Positions 51,520 through 64,000 of a stretch of DNA of 64,000 nucleotides are shown here, piece after piece. A program made the translations under genes and the position numbers. Under the pieces are notes generated by a model, which saw only the letters and a list, made by a program, of their open reading frames with translations, searched no databases and had not been told where the DNA came from. Numbering within the stretch: the stretch's first letter is position 1; each line of letters starts with the position of its first letter. Origin of the DNA: Tubulanus polymorphus (taxonomy: Eukaryota; Animalia; Nemertea); NCBI RefSeq assembly GCF_964204645.1, contig NC_134025.1, positions 17,335,101 to 17,399,100 on the forward strand, given 5' to 3'.

Positions 51520-52870
51520 CCAATTTAGGGCCATGCGAAGTTTTTTAGGAACCGGGAAACACTTCTCCCTTGCCAGTATTGAAGGTGATATGGGGTGGAC
51601 TTCTGTTTCTACAGGGTGTCCCATTAATTACTACACATAAAGAACTGCCATTTTCAAACCGCTTGAGATAAATCAGCCAAATCTTCAGGGGAGATGGACT
51701 ACAATAATACTTTTCACCACAGAAAATTACTTTACTAAAATCAAATTAATTTACAAAATATGCTAGATGGGAGAACCTTACAATTTTATCACATGATTCA
51801 GTCTATTGTTGAAATTTCTCAGAAAATTGACAATCATCTGTGTTATCGCAGATGTTTCTCTCGAAATCATCAATAATTTCTGGTTTGTTTTGGTACACTG
51901 TGTCCTTCAGCTAGCCCCACAAGTGAAAATCCAATGGATTTAGGTCAGGCGAGTATGGGGCCCAGTCGTTTACGTTTGGAGTGCTGAGATTCAGTCACGG
52001 AAATGCCTATGCAGAACATCAATTGTTTTGCGGGCTGAAAGACATTGCGCACCATCCTGTTGGAACCACACTGGATTGAGACTACCTCTTTTAGGCAATC
52101 ACTACAACAATCACTACAACACTGTAATCAGTTGCTAGGAAATCACTAAGCAAATTACCATAGCAACCACGATAATAATCAAAAAGTACCGTTGTATTCT
52201 ATCATTTGGTGGAAAATCGAAACATTTCATTAAGAAATGTGGAGGATACAGGCAGTTCTTTATGTATAGTAATTAATGGGACACCCTGTATCAGACACAA
52301 AATCGAAGTTTTACGTATGTGGTTTCGCTTATATGGGATGCCTGATGATAGGCTTACTAAACATTTATTTCTGTATGATTATAGACAATCTCTTATCGGT
52401 AAAGTTAATTGGTGTAGTTTTGCGAAAAATGTCTTCGCCGAACGTCATATGGACTATTTTTATTATAATATTAATTTATGTAGCTTAACCCCGTATCATG
52501 TAAAAACTATTTCTAATGATGCTAAGGAATCCTTGTGTAGAAATCATGCCTCTATATGGTCTATGGAGGTAGCCTCTCTACCCAAATTAAGAACATACAG
52601 GTTATTCAAACGTACATTTGGCACTGAAAAGTATGTTAAGAGAAAAGTATCAAGGAAAAATAGATCAACTATTGCAAGACTGAGAAACGGATCTTATCCG
52701 ATAAACATAGAGCTAGGAAGGTATAGGAACCTACCAGCGGAACCTACCTGTAAGTTTGTAAATGAGGCATCCATTCTGCGTAATGCACCGCCATCATGCA
52801 TTTAACCAACAGAACTTTTTGTCTTGTAAGCCTATATAGGCTGGCTTTTATTTATGTATAAAAGATATAT
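51520..52870 (+). mobile_element. RTEX-like LINE 3' fragment (interrupted by mariner)
   Basis: AMRSFLG...EGDMGW, then PKLRTYRLFK..EKYV..RSTIARLRNG..IELGRY. Confidence 0.75.
51612..52288 (-). mobile_element. Internally deleted Tc1/mariner element with TA TSD
   Basis: 28-bp TIR CAGGGTGTCCCATTAATTACTA...; TA flanks; remnants WFQQDGA and WAPYSPDLNPLDFHLWG. Confidence 0.9.
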
Positions 52871-53681
52871 ATAAAGAGGAGAACAGGTTAATTGAGTAAA
52901 TTGGTGAGTGAGTAACTAATTAGTGTTTGGCATGGCATGGAGTAATGGAATTGTTGGAAGAAAAGCCATTATTTAAATTGGTACTAATATCTGACGAGTA
53001 ATAAGGGCAGACTCAACTGTGTGGCGTTTAGTGTAATTGCTGGAAGTATTAATAATTTCGGCTTAATCAAAATTAAAACGATGATCAGTGTTCCAAACGT
53101 GATCGGCCACTAGCCGGTTTTTGATTTATTATATCCTTTTTGTGTTCCGAAATTGGAGTTTTTAAATCACTACCAGTTTCTCCAAAGTACATTTTATGAC
53201 AGCCAAAACATGGAATTTCATAAACTCCGCAGTCCAAAGGTTCAGATTGATTGTTTTTTACCAAAGTCTTGCTAATTTTGTTTTCATACGTGAAAATGTT
53301 TTGTTTATCCATTAAAGGGAGAGAGTGACGAAACTTTTCCAAAACAGGTACATACGGAACTACAATGAATTCTGAAATGTGTTTTTTATTTTCTGGAGGT
53401 TTAGAGTTAAAGAAAGTACGTCTAGCCTTAGAAATAGCGATTTTCAAAATGTGATCAGGGTAAGCCAATTTTCTAAGAGAGTTGGATATATGTTCAAATT
53501 CAGCCGAAAGGAAGGTTTAATCGCAGATACGCAGTGCACGGAGAAAGAGGCCTTGAGCGAGACCAATTTTGATTGATTTAGCAGTAAACGAAAAGAAATG
53601 GAGATATGCCTTAGCGTTGATCGGTTTACGTTAGACTGTAAAAAACAAATGAGAGTATTTATTGTGGATTAGAACATCTAA

Positions 53682-54953
53682 CTAGGGGTCCAGGGACACC
53701 ATGCCCACTTGGGAAGTGGTTCCAAATGCTCAACAATCAAACAATTTCAATATTCAACGCCCCCTGGTGACCATATTCAGAATCCAATGACCTTGAAACT
53801 CACCACAATCATAGAACATGTCAGCAGCTACGATTTTGTAATTGATTGTGATAACAAAATATGCCTCGTTACCACTTTAATATGGAAATACTAAAGTATT
53901 CTACTATTCAACGCCCCCTGGTGACCATATTCAAAACCCAATGACCTTGAAACTCACCACAATCATAGAACATGTCACGAACTATAACTTTGTAATTGAT
54001 CATGGTAACAAAATATGCCTAGGTACCAATATAATAAGGAAATATTAAGTTATTCTACTATTCAACGCCCCCTGGTGACCATATAGAATAACTAATGGCC
54101 TTAAAACTTGCCACAATCATAGATGATGTCATGAGTTACAACTTTGCAATTGATTGTGGTTACAAAATATGCATTGATACGAATACAATATAGAAATACT
54201 AAGATATTGCATTATTCAACGCCCCCTGGTGGTCATATACAAAAACCAAGGGCCTTGAAACTCACCACAATCATAGAACACATTATGAGCTACAACTTTC
54301 TAAATGATTGTGGTAACAAAATACGCTTAGGTATCAATATAATGTGGAAAAACTTTTTCCCACTTACGAATGAGTACTGCTGACACCAAGATGGCCGCCA
54401 ATTGCGTCATAATTGGCTGATGAAAAATACCTGTCTCAGGTATAAAACATCCCTTTCGAAACAATACCCATCACAAATTGCAATGAGAAATGATAAACCA
54501 GTAGGGAGCTACAGGACTCAGAATTTGGGCCAAAATTAACATTTGTGGGCACTAAAAAGGTCATAGGACGGCCATCTTGAGTCCGATCGACCCAATTATA
54601 GTTATGCTGATGGGCCCTGGGGGAATTCATATATATCCGAAAGATCAAGGTAATTGATCAAAGCGTCATCAAAATTTCCCTCAAAAAGTTCAAAAATGTG
54701 TAAAAAGTGCTGATTTTGGCGAACAACAATGGCTGCCAGTCGGCCATCTTGAATCTGACAGGGCCAGTTTTTGGGCTGAAGATGTGTCTAGGGTAGATAC
54801 ATGTGTAACCCAAATATCAAGACATTACCTTGAAGCGTCTTCAAAACTTCCCAAAATAACTGGATTCCGTCTACGGACGGACGGACGGACGGACGACGGA
54901 CGAAAAGTGAACGCAATAGCCCGCTGGGACTAAAGTCCCAAGTGGGCTAAAAA
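53682..54953 (-). mobile_element. Intact HINE (Helentron-associated element) inserted at a TT site in Penelope
   Basis: Subterminal IRs GCCCACTTGGGA/TCCCAAGTGGGC, terminal hairpins, (GGAC)n, four 154-bp units; no TSD; removal restores IPFLDV. Confidence 0.88.
53752..54350. repeat. 154-bp tandem array in the HINE
   Basis: Unit starts at 53752, 53906, 54060, 54214. Confidence 0.92.
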
Positions 54954-57900
54954 CGGAATTTGGTCATTTTGTTCGCATTCAAATGTGAATTTCAAAGATG
55001 GATATTGAGAGTTGATGAAGTCAATAAAAGAGTTAAGATCAAAATCATCAGAAACTAAGCACAGAATGTCATCAACACATCTAATCCAAAAGTTAGGTTT
55101 AGAGCCAGCGTAATTGGGAAGAATTTCGGATTCGAAATGTTCGAGGAAAAGATTAGCCAAAATGGGGGATTATGGGTTTCCCATAGCGAAACCGAAAATT
55201 TGTTCATAGAATTTGTCTTGGAATTGGAAGTATAGATTTTTTACAGCGCTCCAAAAGTTCAAGTAAGCAATCTACAGGAATCGGGAAAACAAGATTGGAG
55301 TCCGGGAGTTTTCTTCTTAATAAATTGAGAGTTGGTTCCAATGGTATATTTGTAAACAAGGATATAGCGTCGAAAGATATAAATTTTTGGCCATCAGGTT
55401 TGAGATTTTTGAGTTTGTCTAAAAGATCCATATTGTGCTGAATGTCAGAATCAGAAAAAGTACCCAGAGCCGGGGAGTACTTTAGCCAGATATTTGGACG
55501 TAGTTTTTATTCTGAAGAAATCTTGTTTAAAAGTATAAGTTAAATATTTATGTACCCTGTGTTAAAAGTATCAGATGGAGAGGCCCGTGTACTTCTTCAC
55601 AAAAATAGCATTTTGACCTTTCAAGGAGATCGGTGTGCAGCAAAGATATACGCGTTACCTCCGCTATGAGATTGTCAGGCAGGTGGGGAATTCGGGTCAC
55701 CCGGGTCTATAGTCATGAACACTGTACTATAACGTCCAGACATCCATCTAAACGAGTCCATGCTCGTAGGTACCGGGTTTATAGTATCCAGGCAGCAGGC
55801 GAATCATTTGGGTCACCTGCAATGTACTATAACCATAGAAATTTAGCACTGCTATGCTTTAACCAACCAACAGCTGATAGAGTTCATCAGAGCATCCAAA
55901 CTTTAAATCTCCGGAAATCTATCTACTGTTTTATAAGCAGTGGATGCCATGTGTCCCTCTAATCGACTTCATGAACGCAAACATTAAAAAAATGTGACGA
56001 TTTTAACTGCTAAATCTGCCAGCGATCACTTGATACCGTTACTTTTCATAGTTAATATCTTAAAAGTGAGATTGAAACAAATCCTTCCCGGATAAAAGGA
56101 TGATTTGATATTGTTTTAACAAGAGAAATCCCTCAAAAAAATCAAGACGCGGGGAATATATTTAAGGCAACGTTTCGCCTAAAACATTCAAAAGTCATAG
56201 TGTATTTCTAATATAACGCATGTGCATGATCAGGCCTCATGACAGATAGGCTACTACTCAACGGTGAAAGCCCTTAAATTCTGCTGACCTGTATTAATTT
56301 GTATTAGACAACAAACGTAAGTGACTTAAGCAAGGGGACAAAACGCGGACAGCGATTTCATTGTCTGTATCAATAAAATACATAATTAAGCATATATAGC
56401 CTTGGTATTTTTCTGCGCAGAAGTGTGTTTGTTGTTTGAGCTAAATGGATGAATGCCATATGTATAACTGAGCAATAATGTTTTAATGCGATAGAGCTAC
56501 CCCTCCCTCTCCTTTCAATCAATCTACGGTCCTAAAACCGTTTCGTATCAATAGATACATTAGGTGTAGATGTTGATTTAATTTCCGATAACAGAAACAA
56601 TTAGTAGTCGTACTTTCCGAAATTCAACTTAAGCCAGACTTTTCTAAGTCTGAGGATTTTACTTAGTTCCAAACGATTCGACTCTCACCGAATAACCAAG
56701 ACCTCAACTCTTGTTATATCTTTGTGTTCATTTGTAAAATCTTATGTACATATTCAAGCATGAATCAAGGACTTCGGTAAGAAACAGATTTTGAGAAAAC
56801 TGATTCTGATATTTGTCATCTGTGAGGGAAACGAGACATCAAGCTTAATTGCTGTTCTTGGTTCGACACCGTTTTCATAGCCATTTAAAACATAGTAGTG
56901 CGCACCCGGTAAATCGAACAGCCGTCTTACCAAGTCAACAGGTCATTTTTTCAAACTCAAAATAAAATGTTGTTGACCGCATATGCTCTTCCGGATCGAT
57001 ATTTGAATATTTATTCAAACAAAATCTTTGTTCGGGATATATTTAACATAAAACCAGACAGGAGAAAGTTAGACACAATTGTGTATATATGTTGATATTT
57101 CCTCTGTTCACAAGTTTACAACTGCTTACATCTGTTTTTATAAATTATCTAAACCGTTGTTGACGCCTGACCATCCAACTTGAGTACGTCTACTAACAAC
57201 CGTCTTGTATGGTTCTCACGTGGAAACCACGCATATTCTTTTAGTCTATATCTACTTGTTAAACTAGACACGACGTAATGATTGACAGTTCAGATAACAG
57301 TGTGTTGTTTTGCTGCTAGCGGAAAATTAGTCCATTGTAAATAATTTCTTGATTCATAATACTAAATCACCCTAAAGTAAGGGAATATTCTCCCAACTGA
57401 ACTCAATTTAAATTGTTGTGCGCCATCATTGACCTCGAACGATGAATTCAATGTAATTTTGAAACGCACTGAAAAATAACCAAAATATAGCGGTAAATTT
57501 CCGTCGATAAGATTTTATTAATTATGGTATTTAATTGAATTTTAACTGAATTCGGCGAAGTTCAAACACCCTTCAACCTAGCAAGACAGCTATATCAGTG
57601 CGATTATACATTCCTCTGTCAGGAAGAAAATTTTGGTCAAGCCCATTTTCATGTATAGTCAATTAGCACACTGTCCAAGCAACATGATGCTCACAGTGTG
57701 CAGGCTATTTTTGATCAGCGCGCTCAGTGACGTCACACAGAGCTCCTAAACTATAATGATCCAAAAATTGAACTAAACTCAATGTATCGGTACAAATCCA
57801 AACATGTACACGGCCGGTATTTTACATTTGATAACAAAAACCCGTTCATGCAGCGCACAGACCGCACCAACCCATGAAGTTTCGCCGTTAGTTTCTTATA

Positions 57901-60797
57901 GTATACATTTGATCGGACGAAACTTATTTAGTTAACATTCTAACCGTGTGAATCCCTAGTTTTCGGAATTCTGACATTTTAGGAATTGTGCGCATAAACG
58001 CCGCTTTCCAAATGAAATTTGGAATTTAAAGATAATTGTCGTTTTCTAATACGTGAATTTGAAACTGTCGTAGGTTAGCACTATAATTGCTATAACACAA
58101 TTATCCTTCATGATTAAAAGCATAAATACAGTATCGGGAAAGGAAACTAACTCCATCCTTTATATTTCAATTCATATTTCGAATCAGAATAGCGAACAGT
58201 AGGACCTTCTCAAGACGAAATAAAAAACAGATTCTCTCCGTCACCACATCTTCAAAATACTGTTTATTTAAGGTAACATCCAATTAAAAACAACCGACTG
58301 GGGTTGGGCCAGTAATCGCAAGCAAAGGTCATGCAGTGAACCGACCTAGGCTACAATATTGTAGCCTCAGTCAGTGTTTACAAAAAAAAGTTGTGCAGTG
58401 AACCGACCTAGGTTACAATATTGTAGCCTCAGTCAGTGCTAACAGCTGAATCACACGTTCTACGCAAACTCGCGCTGCTAGGTAACAAATTATCTGTCAT
58501 TCCTTTGACCGAAGCATAACCGTTTTTCTTTTTTCAGCTTTACAATTGATTCCATGAATTTAATAATTCCATTTTCGAATAATAATGTGTTTTATGAGTA
58601 CCTTAAATCTTCTGATTTCTGTGATGAATTTTGTATAGTTATTTGGGAAGATTAACGTCCGACAGGTGAGCATCAACGTCGGTTCAATGCAGCTTCCTGC
58701 CAGGAAGTCGCTATTTTAATGCCAAATGAGCCAACCAACTGTCGAGACATCACAATACGTAAGAGAGCCGGACCTCTGCAACATATTTCTGAATTACACC
58801 ATGCATACAACTCCCTTCAATACCCAATTCTGTTCCCGTATGGTTCGAATGGCTATAATATCAACATTACAAATGAATCTGGGAAGGTTTCACAATCACA
58901 ATACTACAGCTACCACTTGATGGCAGGGAATCAACAGCTAAATCATCTCCTACTTTGTCGCAGATTGTTCCAGCAATTTCTGGTGGATATCTATTGTAAA
59001 ATCGACTTCAATTTCTACGCCGTGAACATTTTACATTCTGACGGTCATCCCCGAAATGTTGGTGCCCACGTGATTTTACCTGCCACGTTTACGGGTGGAC
59101 CCAGGTATATGCATGAGCGCCAAATGGACGCCATAGCTTATGTGCCAAAGTATGGGAAACCAGATCTTTTTATTACAATGACCACTAATCCAAAATGGCC
59201 CGAGATCACCTCCTGTTTAACAAACGGCAAATGATCGACCCGATATTGTTGCCCGCCTTTTCCATCTGAAATTGCAGAAGTAATGCTTAATCTGAAAACC
59301 ACCGCTTTTGGCCAAGTCAATGCATGGCTTTACTCCATTGAGTACCAAAAGCGAGGCCTACCCCATGCTCACATTCTAATTTGGTTGCATCCCTCTAGCA
59401 AAATCCGGCCTGATGATATCGATGCTTTTGTTTCAGCTGAAATACCCTCGAAATCTCAAGATCCTTCACTTCACGACATAGTCATTAAGCACATGATTCA
59501 TGGGCCATGTGGAAGCCTGAATCAAGGTTCACCCTGTATGGCGGACAAATGCTGCACTAAAAAATTCCCAAAGAATTTCATTGCTGCTTCTGAACAGGGA
59601 ACCGAAATACCCTAAATACCGCCGCCTTCCTCCTGAAGCAGGTGGCCACACAGCTCATATAACTATGAAATCTTTTAGTCACTCGCATTTAGTTGAGATT
59701 GACAACAGATGGGTGGTGCCATGTAATCCTTGGCTACTGCAACAAGTCAATGCACATGTAAATGTTGAACTCTGTATGTCTGTCAAAAGTATCAAATATG
59801 TTCTAAAGTACGTTACTAAAGGGTGCGACCAAGCAGTTTTTTCACTTCATAATTCTACATATGAAATATCTAATTACCAACATGGAAGGTATGTTGGTAG
59901 TATTGAGGCTGCCTGGCGAATTTTCAATTACCCAATACACGAGCATTTCCCACCTGTATATCAATTAGCTGTTCACCTCAAAAATGGTCAGAGAGTCTAC
60001 TTCACTGAAAAAAATGCACAACATATTGCAACTCAAGGACCTCCCCATACTACCCTCACAGAATTTTTCACACTGTGTTCTAATGATCAATTTGCTGAAA
60101 CCTTACTCTACAATGAAGTTCCACAGTATTACACATGGAACAAATCCACTAAAAGATGGTCTAGAAGGAAACACGGAATTGCCCATGCCACTAAACCGGG
60201 AATATTTTATGCCCCATGTATCCGCCGTGTATTTACCATTAGCCCTAAACTTAAGGAATGCAACTTCCTACGATTGCTGCTTCATCACGTCCGTGGTCCT
60301 AAGTCTTTCACAGACCTCCAATACTACGACGGCACTACATATCCTTCCTATCGTGAAACGTGTTTGAAGCGTGGCCTCATAGAGAGTGACAGCCATTTAG
60401 TGCACTGCTTTAGAGAGGCAACTTCGTTCAAGTCATTATCAGGACTACGTACACTTATTGCTGTAATGGTCACTTCTTACGACGTTAGTGATGCAAATGC
60501 GCTTTGGCAGCAGTTCCGTGATGATATGACCGAAGATATCCTCAACCGGGAGCGACACACAACAAATAACAGTGGCCTCCCTTATGCATTGCACATGTAC
60601 TGTGCTGCTTTGCATGATGTTGCTGTGTTGGTGTTGCGCATTTCTAATAAAAGTCCGAACTACTATGGCCTACCCATTCCCGACAGTGTATTGCCTACTT
60701 TGCCTCGAGTCTATATACAACAGATATCATATAATCAAATTCAACAAAGAAAATATGTGCAGGAAAATGGAATTAAACTTAATACTCAACAGGCACA

Positions 60798-61640
60798 TGT
60801 TATTGGAATTGTATTATACCTATAGACCTATGTATCCAAGTCTTTACAACACTTCGAAGACCGCATTGTACTTGTCATGTGATTTTAGTAACAGCGGAAG
60901 TTTCGGTCCCTTACCTCGTTCATTTACGTGCAAGTGGCGGTAGGAGCTGCTTGGTAAATTTTGTTATCCCGAAATCATAACGTGTCGTAAGTTTTACCTT
61001 TAATTAATTATTATTCTGTGGTCTTCAAATTCCGTTAATAACTCGTCGTGTAACATGTACGCATTTCCAGTAAGATCTACAGCTAATTTCAGTTGTTGAA
61101 TATCATTAATTACTGAATATTTTCGTCATTTTTGCCAGGTTAAGTAATATACTGACGAGATTTACTGACTGAGAACTTCCGGTTAGGGTTTTTTCGTAGG
61201 CAATTTCGGAGCATTCTGGTGTAACCAGAAAGCGGAACGAACTCAAGACTTTACTTAAAGAGGAAAGAATCGAACTTTATAGGGAAGAATTAGTCGTCGC
61301 ATGGGAAAGATATACTAGCAGCCATAAAAAACTGATGTCATCTTTGACCGAACAAACCGAAATCGACAACGAGGATGCCTGTTTTCTAGAAGAAAACGAA
61401 ATACACAAAGATTTTCTGAAGCACATCGATCACTTTATTATTATAGCACAACCTGCACTAGAATCGCGTTGTGAAACTACTGTCCAACATCTAACAAATC
61501 TCGTCAGTCTACAGCAGCGCCAAACGCAGAACCAGATGGACGTGAAACAGAACCAAATCTTCATGCATCAGCCAGCGCAACTGCTGAATCTTTTTCAAAT
61601 ATACTGTTACAAATTGGATCTGGTTCGTACCCAGTAACAT
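60798..61640 (+). mobile_element. Possible BEL-like LTR/gag remnant interrupting the Helitron
   Basis: Helitron similarity ends at TGTTATTGG; downstream frame SGVTRKRNELKTLLKEE...WERYTSSH resembles a BEL gag N-terminus. Confidence 0.4.
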
Positions 61641-64000
61641 CTCCACCTGACACCATTCATTTGCGGCTTGATATCAACGTGACTTCATCGCATGATAATT
61701 TCATCAACAGTGTGTATCCGTACCTGGCTGCTAACTACAAATAAAGGACCAACGGCCCAGAAGCTCACCGACATGATAATCTGAGAAGTAAAAGGAAGAA
61801 AGTGAAATATGCTTTCAAAGAAGTGGTTGCTGACCTGGTCCCAATAAGTAATTGGTCAGGAAGATCTCATCGAGAGATTTAGCCTGGCATTGTTGATCTT
61901 ACCAGTCAATCCTGTGACAACATTGAACTTTGCATTTGAAATTGGGGTGGAGGGGGGGTAATAATCAAAGCTTAGTTGACAAAGAACCGTGAGGTGGAGA
62001 GGTAACACTTCATATAAAATAAAATGTTTTATCTTTTCGCAAGATAACAAGCTAATTTTTTTACAATAACTTGAATCTTGAATAGTTCAGATGTTCCGTT
62101 GTACATGTATCTAGGTTATGGTTTCCCGTGAACGTCGTAATTTTTGTTATAAGTTTAATGACTGCTACTCGCCAGATCATTACCTAAACAAGAGGCCCTG
62201 AAGGTAAAAAAGAGAAAATATATGTTTTACTGATGCTTCTGTATTCCGTTGCCCTAGCAAACTAATTAGCCTAATGACCAAACATCGCGAGTTGCTAAAT
62301 TACGCTAAATATTAAGTTCGTTCGTATCATCTCGAAATTTCAGCCTGGCCACCCTCGCTCAAGAAATGTTTTAGACGCCTGTACAATGTTCTACTATCAA
62401 AATCATTGAAGAAACTGTTTTCATGCACTAACACGCATTGTAGCGACAGATAAGAAGACAAAGCAATTCAACCCACCGTTCATATCCCTATATCAGGTCT
62501 TTAATTATGTTGTTATAACTTTTTTCGGAAATAATTCAGTAATTGCACATCCGCTAAAATAGCTTCAGGGACAGCCGAAAATGTGGAGAGCTCTCATTTG
62601 CTCAATTGGCAAGCTGGTGCTGCCATCATTTATCGGTATTGCGCAATCGCAAGGCCAGTAAATCCATTGAGTAAAAATTGGAGGGGTGGAAGATAATTTC
62701 TTTCTCCTAATAACCTATAGTAGCAAACGATATAGCTGAAAGAAGTTTGTATTCCGATTCAGCAGGCATTTTTTACAAACGAGGTCCAGTCATGAAAAAA
62801 TGAAGGTCTTTTTATTGGATATACATTGTAATTCGTTAATTCATCAGGAGAAACTGAAGACTTACCTCCCTCCCTCGTACATGTACCATACCCGACGACT
62901 GGTGGAAGTTAATACACTACGGTTTCTTCGAGTATCTTGACGTCGACGGTGCTCTTATTTCATGAGTCAGTGACCAAGTATAAAAATGTAACGTGCTTTT
63001 CCGCCATTTGTTTTCTTAACAGTAATCGTCAATACACAGCTTGATATTTTACGAAATGGATCTATTTTAGCGAGGATCCACCTGTCATTCTACGCAGTGT
63101 AAGGCGCATGCGCATCTGCTAATGATTATTCATGACTTAGGTCATTCCAGGTCAAGTCAAACTATATTAAAGCTAAGGAAATTTTCTAATTATCTAAAAA
63201 TTTACAGCTTAGATCAATCACATCGCAACGAAATTTGCACAATAGCGAGTGTTAAGCTATTTGAATCATCTGCAACAAGAAATACGACCGGGTCTATCAC
63301 CGTTTCAAAATGTGGCTTGTTAACATCACTTTCTAGCAATATTGGCACAAGACCAACTAGACCGTTGGCATAAGAAGCGAACCATAGGTTCGCTAAAAAC
63401 CAAACTGGCTTGCCAACAGAGCTATACTTGCTCCTCTTAATGAAACTGTCGATGAGATTAATGCCCAAGTGACAGCAGTTTTACCAGGAACAGCTATATC
63501 TTATGACTCTATAGACACTGCATTAACTGATGAGGAGGCAATACACTCTCCAGTTGAGTTTCTAAACACTCTAGATCTACCTGGAATACCTCCACACATA
63601 CTTATTCTGAAGACAGGTTCACCAATTATTGTCTTAAGGTCATTGAACCCACTAATGGCACTAGGTGTGTAGTGAGACAAATACTGCCTTATGTTATAGA
63701 AGCCACAATCATAACAGGCCCAGCAGCTGGTACATATACTTTCATTCCCAGAATACCACTTATTCCAACAGTCGGTGATCTTCCATTTCAGTTCAAACGT
63801 CTCCAATTTCCTGTGCGTTCATCATTTGCAATGACAATAAACAAATCTCAGGGCCAAACTTTTGAAAATGTTGGCCTAGACCTCTCGCATCCTGTCTTTT
63901 CTAATGGTATGCTGTATGTTGCTCTTTCTCACGTAGGATCTGCTTCTGCCATAACAGTTTATCAGCCACAGACTACATCTAACAGCAGCCATTACACTCG

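Larger units (their letters stand above)
52900..55500 (-). mobile_element. Penelope-like retroelement (RT + GIY-YIG), degraded
   Basis: SFDAISLFTNIP, GFAMGNP, ANLFLEHFE, RCVDD, IPFLDVLI (split by the HINE), CGVYEIPC..C..MYFGETG. Confidence 0.9.
47174..58591. mobile_element. Unclassified 11.4-kb element with ~270-bp terminal inverted repeats and TTAT TSD
   Basis: AACACATTATT...AATAATGTGTT ends; TTAT on both flanks; removal restores the Helitron frame (DFISAY|EYLK). Confidence 0.9.
46616..64000 (+). mobile_element. Helitron Rep-Helicase pseudogene in three pieces (46616-47173, 58592-60800, ~63400-64000)
   Basis: CxxCGA..CC..GK, NIRSYN, GEH.RRFN, LQYPILFPYG, FTGGPRYM, EYQKRGLPHAHIL, SIKYVLKY; PIF1 motifs RAILAPLN, FAMTINKSQGQT, LYVALS. 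Confidence 0.93.

Noticed and set aside
52206-52805. 199-aa ORF as an intact gene
   Set aside because: Chance fusion of the mariner TIR region to an RTEX LINE fragment

Overview
AT-rich eukaryotic (marine invertebrate-like, probably lophotrochozoan) genomic DNA made up mostly of transposons. The only host gene I can support is a minus-strand Rab21 small GTPase. Five coding exons are present (33117-33176, 30659-30766, 16849-16967, 4360-4448, 4111-4238, ending in GCC-stop); the first coding exon was not found. The introns and flanks hold layered mobile elements: a Polinton/Maverick-like remnant; RTE, L2/Crack-like, CR1 and RTEX LINEs; a Gypsy remnant with a short LTR; a DIRS element interrupted by a full-length BEL/Pao element; a Kolobok-like KolX (P2X7-ballast-like) pseudogene; Helentron-type HINEs carrying a 154-bp satellite; and several MITEs. 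A Helitron is split by an unclassified 11.4-kb element with ~270-bp inverted ends, paired palindromes and a TTAT target duplication, which itself contains Penelope, RTEX, mariner and HINE insertions. All family assignments come from motif recognition by eye, not database searches. I found no clearly new enzymatic system; the 11.4-kb element is the best candidate for something undescribed.
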